Source: Gammaproteobacteria bacterium (GTDB lineage Bacteria > Pseudomonadota > Gammaproteobacteria > Eutrophobiales > Eutrophobiaceae). Taken from it: a stretch of DNA of 64,000 bases. Below are positions 59,589 through 64,000 of this stretch, in pieces. The notes below the pieces were generated by a model that worked only from the letters and a program-made list of their open reading frames with translations, had not been told where the DNA came from and ran no database searches. Position 1 is the first letter of the stretch, and every line of letters begins with the position of its first letter. The stretch is from contig OZ271833.1 in NCBI GenBank assembly GCA_965601665.1, forward strand, positions 5,092 through 69,091, in the 5' to 3' direction. The translations under genes were made by a program, and so were the position numbers.

Positions 59589-60385
59589 ATGCGAGACCTT
59601 CCTGTTTTGTATCAAATCCTGATCTGGAGCGTGCCGGTACTGTTTGCCATTACGCTACACGAGGTGGGTCATGGCTGGGCTGCCCGGCAACTGGGCGATC
59701 CGACTGCTGAACAGCAGGGCAGGCTGTCACTAAACCCACTGAAACACATTGATCCAATGGGCACGGTTGTCGTACCGCTGATTGCTTTTTTTGTTAGCGG
59801 CTTCATCTTTGGCTGGGCGAAACCGGTACCTGTGAACTGGGCCAGGTTGAGAAACCGTAAACGCGATATCGCGCTGGTCGCGCTGGCAGGGCCTGCAGCC
59901 AATCTGGGCATGATTATCATCTGGTTATTACTCGCCATGCTGTTTATGGACGGTGCTGAACAGCAAAACATCTTTGCCATGGTGGTAGTGTGGATGGCAT
60001 GGGCTGGCATTATCATCAATAGTTTGCTGATGATATTGAACCTCTTTCCCATACCTCCGCTCGATGGCAGCCGCGTAGTGTACGCGATGTTACCTGAACC
60101 AATGGCAAGACAGTATCTGCGACTGGAACCTTATGGTTTGATTATCCTGGTGATATTGTTGGTCAGCGGCATCCTGTACCTCCGCTCGATGGCAGCCGCG
60201 TAGTGTACGCGATGTTACCTGAACCAATGGCAAGACAGTATCTGCGACTGGAACCTTATGGTTTGATTATCCTGGTGATATTGTTGGTCAGCGGCATCCT
60301 GTTCAAAATCATGGGGCCGATACTCATTGGATTTCAGCAGCTGATGTTCTCTTTATTGATCTGGCCCTTGTCATGGACAAAATGA
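59589..60385 (+). pseudogene. M50-family (site-2 protease-like) zinc metalloprotease disrupted by a 125-bp tandem duplication (frameshift; fragments 59589..60203 and 60203..60385)
   Basis: HEVGH zinc site in TM helix; removal of one 125-bp copy restores a continuous 223-aa ORF. Confidence 0.7.
60052..60301 (+). repeat. perfect 2 x 125-bp tandem duplication
   Basis: 60052..60176 identical to 60177..60301, verified base by base. Confidence 0.9.
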
Positions 60386-60450
60386 CTGGTCTGAATTTAT
60401 CCGTCATGCCATGGTCATAGCAACATAATAAATATACTCTGGAAATTCCA

Positions 60451-61254
60451 ATGCCAAAATTTGCTACCTTATTTGCCTTACTACTATTCCCGCTCGCCGT
60501 ATTCGCTGTCGATTATAATGAGACCTACCAGGCCTATAAAAATGAGGATTACACCAAGGCACTGGCGGGTTTCACAGAGCTTGCCGAGCGGAACCATATG
60601 AAGGCCCAGTTTTACCTGGGCACGATGTATCGTGAAGGCCTGGGTGTTGAAAAGAGTTATGCCACTTCACTGGAATGGTATCGTAAGGCCGCCGAACATG
60701 GTGAACCAAAGGCCATGCACAACGTGGCAATGTTTTACCACAATGGCATCGTGGTAAAACGTAGTTTCCCAACCGCCGCCGAATGGTATGAACAGGCAGC
60801 CGAAAAGGATTACGTGCCCTCCATGACGAATGTGGCACGCTTGTATTACAAGGGTGATGGCATCGAGAAAGATATTCCGCGTGCTATCCACTGGTGGCAA
60901 CGTGCCGCAGAGTTAGGCAGCAAGGGTGCCCAGCACAATATGGGTCTGATGTATTTCCTGGGCGAGGGTGGCTTTGAAAAAGACTATGCCAGGGCAGCGG
61001 AGTGGTATCGCAAGGCCGCCCAAAACGGTTCCAAGGAAGCGCAGAACAGTTTGGGCACCATGTATTTCGATGGTAACGGTGTCGAAAAAGACATCAACGA
61101 AGCCTATGCCTGGTTTAAACTGGCCGCACGTGCCGAGTTTGAACAAGCTATATTAAACGTGTCTGTCATCGAGGCCAATCTCAACGAAGAAGAATTGGCG
61201 GCAGCGATGGCAAAAGCAGAAGACTACCTGGCAAAATATCCGTCTGAAAAATAA
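60451..61254 (+). CDS. Sel1-repeat (TPR-like) secreted protein
   Basis: signal peptide; six repeats of the ...A..WYRKAAEQG...A...LG.MY..G.GV.KD pattern. Confidence 0.85.
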   Translation: MPKFATLFALLLFPLAVFAVDYNETYQAYKNEDYTKALAGFTELAERNHMKAQFYLGTMYREGLGVEKSYATSLEWYRKAAEHGEPKAMHNVAMFYHNGIVVKRSFPTAAEWYEQAAEKDYVPSMTNVARLYYKGDGIEKDIPRAIHWWQRAAELGSKGAQHNMGLMYFLGEGGFEKDYARAAEWYRKAAQNGSKEAQNSLGTMYFDGNGVEKDINEAYAWFKLAARAEFEQAILNVSVIEANLNEEELAAAMAKAEDYLAKYPSEK

Positions 61255-61423
61255 GGTTTCAGGCTGGCAGCAGGATGCCAGCTTCTAAATAACTGTTGCT
61301 TAAAAGCAGCGAAATCATACTTTTTATGATCTTGCTCTGGCTATGAATTTGCTGATGACTGCTTTTCTGTATCAGCGTATCTTGGCGACATTGTGATAGT
61401 ACTGTTGATTACAAGCATCCGCG

Positions 61424-62332
61424 ATGATTAAAACCCTGCTGCTTTCGCTAGGTTTGTTTCAGGTTAGTTGCCTGGTGTCTGCGGATACCAACTGTGCTGA
61501 TTCCGGTATATCGGTACAGATATTGGGTTCCGGTGGGCCAGAGCTTGATGATGCACGGGCATCCAGTGGTTATATCCTGTGGTATAACGGTAGAGCCAGG
61601 CTGCTTGTTGATATAGGTAGCGGCAGTCTGTTACGTTTCGAACAAAGTGGCGCATCATTGGAAAATCTGGATGCCATTCTCATCAGTCATTTGCACGTCG
61701 ATCACACCAGCGATTTGCCAGCCTTAATCAAGGCGTCGTATTTTACTGAACGTAATCGTGACCTGAACCTGTATGGTCCTGAAGGCAATGCGTTAATGCC
61801 GTCTACAAGCAGCTTCATTCAAGGACTGTTCGGCCCGGATGGTGTTTACCGTTATCTACGTCAATATCTTTCCGGCGTCGAAGATTACCGGCTGATACCG
61901 AATGATATTGATATCAAGAATAAATCAGCACAGCTTGTCATTTCTGACAGTAGCTATCAGGTTCATGCCTTATCCGTGCATCATGGGCCGTTACCGGCTT
62001 TGGCCTGGCGGGTGAACATAGACGGTAAACGAATTGTGTTCAGTGGCGATATGAACAATGAATACGGCACTTTATCTGGATTTGCAAAAAATGCAGACAT
62101 GCTGATAGCACATCATGCTATTCCTGAAGGCGCCAGTGGTGTAGCCAGAAACTTACACATGCCACCATCAGAAATAGGACGCATTGCTAAAGAGGCCGGC
62201 GTCAAGCGTCTTGTTCTATCTCACCGAATGAATCGTTCAATTGGCAAGGAATCATTTACACTCGAGGAAATACGTAAACGTTTTGATGGTGTCGTTAAGT
62301 TTGCCGAAGACTTACAGTGTTACAGTCTATAA
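61424..62332 (+). CDS. secreted MBL-fold metallo-hydrolase
   Basis: signal peptide; HLHVDHTSD (HxHxDH) motif. Confidence 0.75.
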   Translation: MIKTLLLSLGLFQVSCLVSADTNCADSGISVQILGSGGPELDDARASSGYILWYNGRARLLVDIGSGSLLRFEQSGASLENLDAILISHLHVDHTSDLPALIKASYFTERNRDLNLYGPEGNALMPSTSSFIQGLFGPDGVYRYLRQYLSGVEDYRLIPNDIDIKNKSAQLVISDSSYQVHALSVHHGPLPALAWRVNIDGKRIVFSGDMNNEYGTLSGFAKNADMLIAHHAIPEGASGVARNLHMPPSEIGRIAKEAGVKRLVLSHRMNRSIGKESFTLEEIRKRFDGVVKFAEDLQCYSL

Positions 62333-62399
62333 TTCATTAATTGAGCTAAATAAAACGTATTGTCTTTGTATTTTTATCCTGATTTTACAGGAATAAATC

Positions 62400-62843
62400 A
62401 TGTATGGTTGGGTTTTACTTTTTCATGTACTGGGGGCGACCATATGGACAGGCGGGCATATTGTTTTAAGTGTCGTCATTCTGCCAAAAGTGCTACGCGA
62501 GAAATCGCCGGAAAAACTGATTGAATTTGAGTCAGTCTACGAGAAAATTGGCATGCCAGCACTCATTATACAGATACTTAGTGGATTATATCTTGCCAAA
62601 GCCATGATCCCCGACGTCTCTGCATGGTTTGATCTTGACCAATCAGTATCGCGTGTTGTTTTGATCAAGTTAGCGTTGCTAATGCTAACCTTTGCATTTG
62701 CATTAGACGCAAAGTTAAGAGTAATACCAAAATTGAATGAAGATAATCTGACAGATATGGCGTTTCATATTATTCCTGTAACAGTATTATCAATTCTGTT
62801 TGTAATCACCGGGGTTTCTTTTCGAACTGGATGGTTTTATTAG
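62400..62843 (+). CDS. 4-TM membrane protein of unknown function
   Basis: hydrophobicity pattern only. Confidence 0.4.
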   Translation: MYGWVLLFHVLGATIWTGGHIVLSVVILPKVLREKSPEKLIEFESVYEKIGMPALIIQILSGLYLAKAMIPDVSAWFDLDQSVSRVVLIKLALLMLTFAFALDAKLRVIPKLNEDNLTDMAFHIIPVTVLSILFVITGVSFRTGWFY

Positions 62844-62894
62844 TTTGTAGTTTAAATAGCCGAAACAGCAATCAATCGTATTGACAAACGTAAT

Positions 62895-63347
62895 ATGCAT
62901 ATCTGGATCGATGCCGATGCCTGCCCCGGAGTAATCAAGGACATCCTGTTTCGTGCATCTGAACGCAGCGGCATTCCATTAACACTGGTAGCAAACCACG
63001 TGCTATCGCATCCCCGTTCGTCACTTATCAGGATGCTGGTGGTATCGCATGGTTTTGATGTGGCAGACAACGAGATTGTGCGGCAGGTCAATCATGGCGA
63101 TCTGGTTATTACCAGTGATATTCCGTTGGCTGCTGAGGTAATTAACAAGGGTGCCCTGGCACTTAATCCTCGTGGCGAACTTTACACGACAGACACGATA
63201 AAGGCACGATTGACCATGCGTGATTTTATGGATACGTTGCGTTCAAGCGGTATACAAACAGGCGGACCGTCTTCATTGAACCAGCGTGACAGGCAACGAT
63301 TTGCCAATCAGCTGGATAAATGGTTACAACAGGCAAACCGACAATGA
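62895..63347 (+). CDS. yaiI: UPF0178 protein YaiI (DUF188)
   Basis: [21 protein letters not shown]...[12 protein letters not shown]...[14 protein letters not shown]...[21 protein letters not shown] aligns along full length with E. coli YaiI, recalled from memory. Confidence 0.85.
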   Translation: MHIWIDADACPGVIKDILFRASERSGIPLTLVANHVLSHPRSSLIRMLVVSHGFDVADNEIVRQVNHGDLVITSDIPLAAEVINKGALALNPRGELYTTDTIKARLTMRDFMDTLRSSGIQTGGPSSLNQRDRQRFANQLDKWLQQANRQ

Positions 63348-63350
63348 ACC

Positions 63351-63827
63351 ATGGAAATTATTGACCTTAGTGAACAACCTGAGCATATTCCTCTACTTGC
63401 GAGCTGGCACCATGCACAGTGGCGCGATATCAACCCTGGCCAGACACTGCGGCATCGAATTGACAAAATGCAGGCCTACCTTGATGACAACCTTGTGCCC
63501 AGTACTTTTGTCGCCATGAAAGATGACCGTGTACTTGGCTCTGCGGCAATTGTTGAATACGATTTGAAGATAGAGGGCTGCAGCCCATGGTTGGCGAGTG
63601 TGTATGTTTACCCTGACTACAGGAAACAGGGAATAGGTTCAACACTGGTGAGGCACGCGACAACCGAGGCACGCAATGCGGGCGTAAAAGAGATTTATCT
63701 GTTTACGCCGGATAAGGCCGGTTTTTACCAACGTCTTGGTTGGGATGTTATGTCTAAAGAATCTTACCATGGTCGTAATATCACGATAATGAAATACAGG
63801 TTGACTACACCGGGAGGGGATTCATGA
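63351..63827 (+). CDS. GNAT-family N-acetyltransferase
   Basis: acetyl-CoA binding motif YRKQGIGSTLVRHA. Confidence 0.75.
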   Translation: MEIIDLSEQPEHIPLLASWHHAQWRDINPGQTLRHRIDKMQAYLDDNLVPSTFVAMKDDRVLGSAAIVEYDLKIEGCSPWLASVYVYPDYRKQGIGSTLVRHATTEARNAGVKEIYLFTPDKAGFYQRLGWDVMSKESYHGRNITIMKYRLTTPGGDS

Positions 63828-64000
63828 CCACAGCAATCTATGCCTGCATCCTTGCATTACTGATTTGCCATTTATCGATTAATGTCATTAAAGCAAGACG
63901 CAAAAACAGGGTTAAATATGCAGATGGTGATTGCGAGGAGTTGATCATTGCCCGCTCGGCGCAGTCCAACGCAGTCGATTATTGTCCTGTTGCTATTATG
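63824..64000 (+). CDS. MAPEG-family inner-membrane protein YecN-like, N-terminal part (runs off the window)
   Basis: MTTAIYACILALLICHLSINVIKARRKNRVKYADG...AVDYCPVAI resembles the YecN N-terminus. Confidence 0.5.
   Translation, partial: MTTAIYACILALLICHLSINVIKARRKNRVKYADGDCEELIIARSAQSNAVDYCPVAIM

Noticed and set aside
60203-60385. 60-aa ORF called as a separate gene
   Set aside because: It is the displaced C-terminus of the M50 protease, separated by the 125-bp duplication frameshift.

Overview
The window looks like a proteobacterial (likely gammaproteobacterial) chromosome segment from a microaerobic, nitrate-assimilating organism. All calls rest on reading the ORF translations by eye; no searches were run.

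Recognisable core genes:
- ecotin; a Hanks-type Ser/Thr kinase fused to a PilZ domain; a BLUF photoreceptor next to an NmrA/DVR-like reductase and an alpha/beta hydrolase
- copA, hemN with a perfect FNR box, fnr
- a complete nitrate-assimilation cluster: porin, nasT, nasS, nrtA, nrtB, a fused nrtC/D, nirB, nirD, a nasC-like flavoprotein and nasA
- the cbb3 oxidase set: ompW, ccoN, ccoO, ccoQ, ccoP, a small ORF, ccoG, ccoH, and convergent ccoI and ccoS
- a PQQ-type sugar dehydrogenase with a cytochrome c, aldehyde dehydrogenase, a SelO-like protein, cspA-like, kefB-like, ttcA, yaiI, a GNAT acetyltransferase and a yecN start

Three things stand out:
1. A tRNA-Arg gene (9905-9981) is followed by four direct repeats of its 3' half. 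Each downstream repeat is preceded by a conserved ~50-nt arm. Together they delimit AT-rich cargo cassettes, with no integrase in the window. One cassette carries a two-gene module with a PD-(D/E)xK nuclease-like protein.
2. A tightly packed five-gene minus-strand operon (21704-26604) lies divergent from the nitrate-assimilation locus. It encodes a flavoprotein fused to a 2Fe-2S domain and a di-heme b transmembrane domain, a membrane-anchored decaheme cytochrome c, a DUF3365-like heme-c protein, a monoheme cytochrome c and a cytoplasmic VHb-like hemoglobin. I know of no characterised system with this composition; it is the strongest candidate for a novel electron-transfer system here.
3. A perfect 125-bp tandem duplication disrupts an M50 metalloprotease gene.
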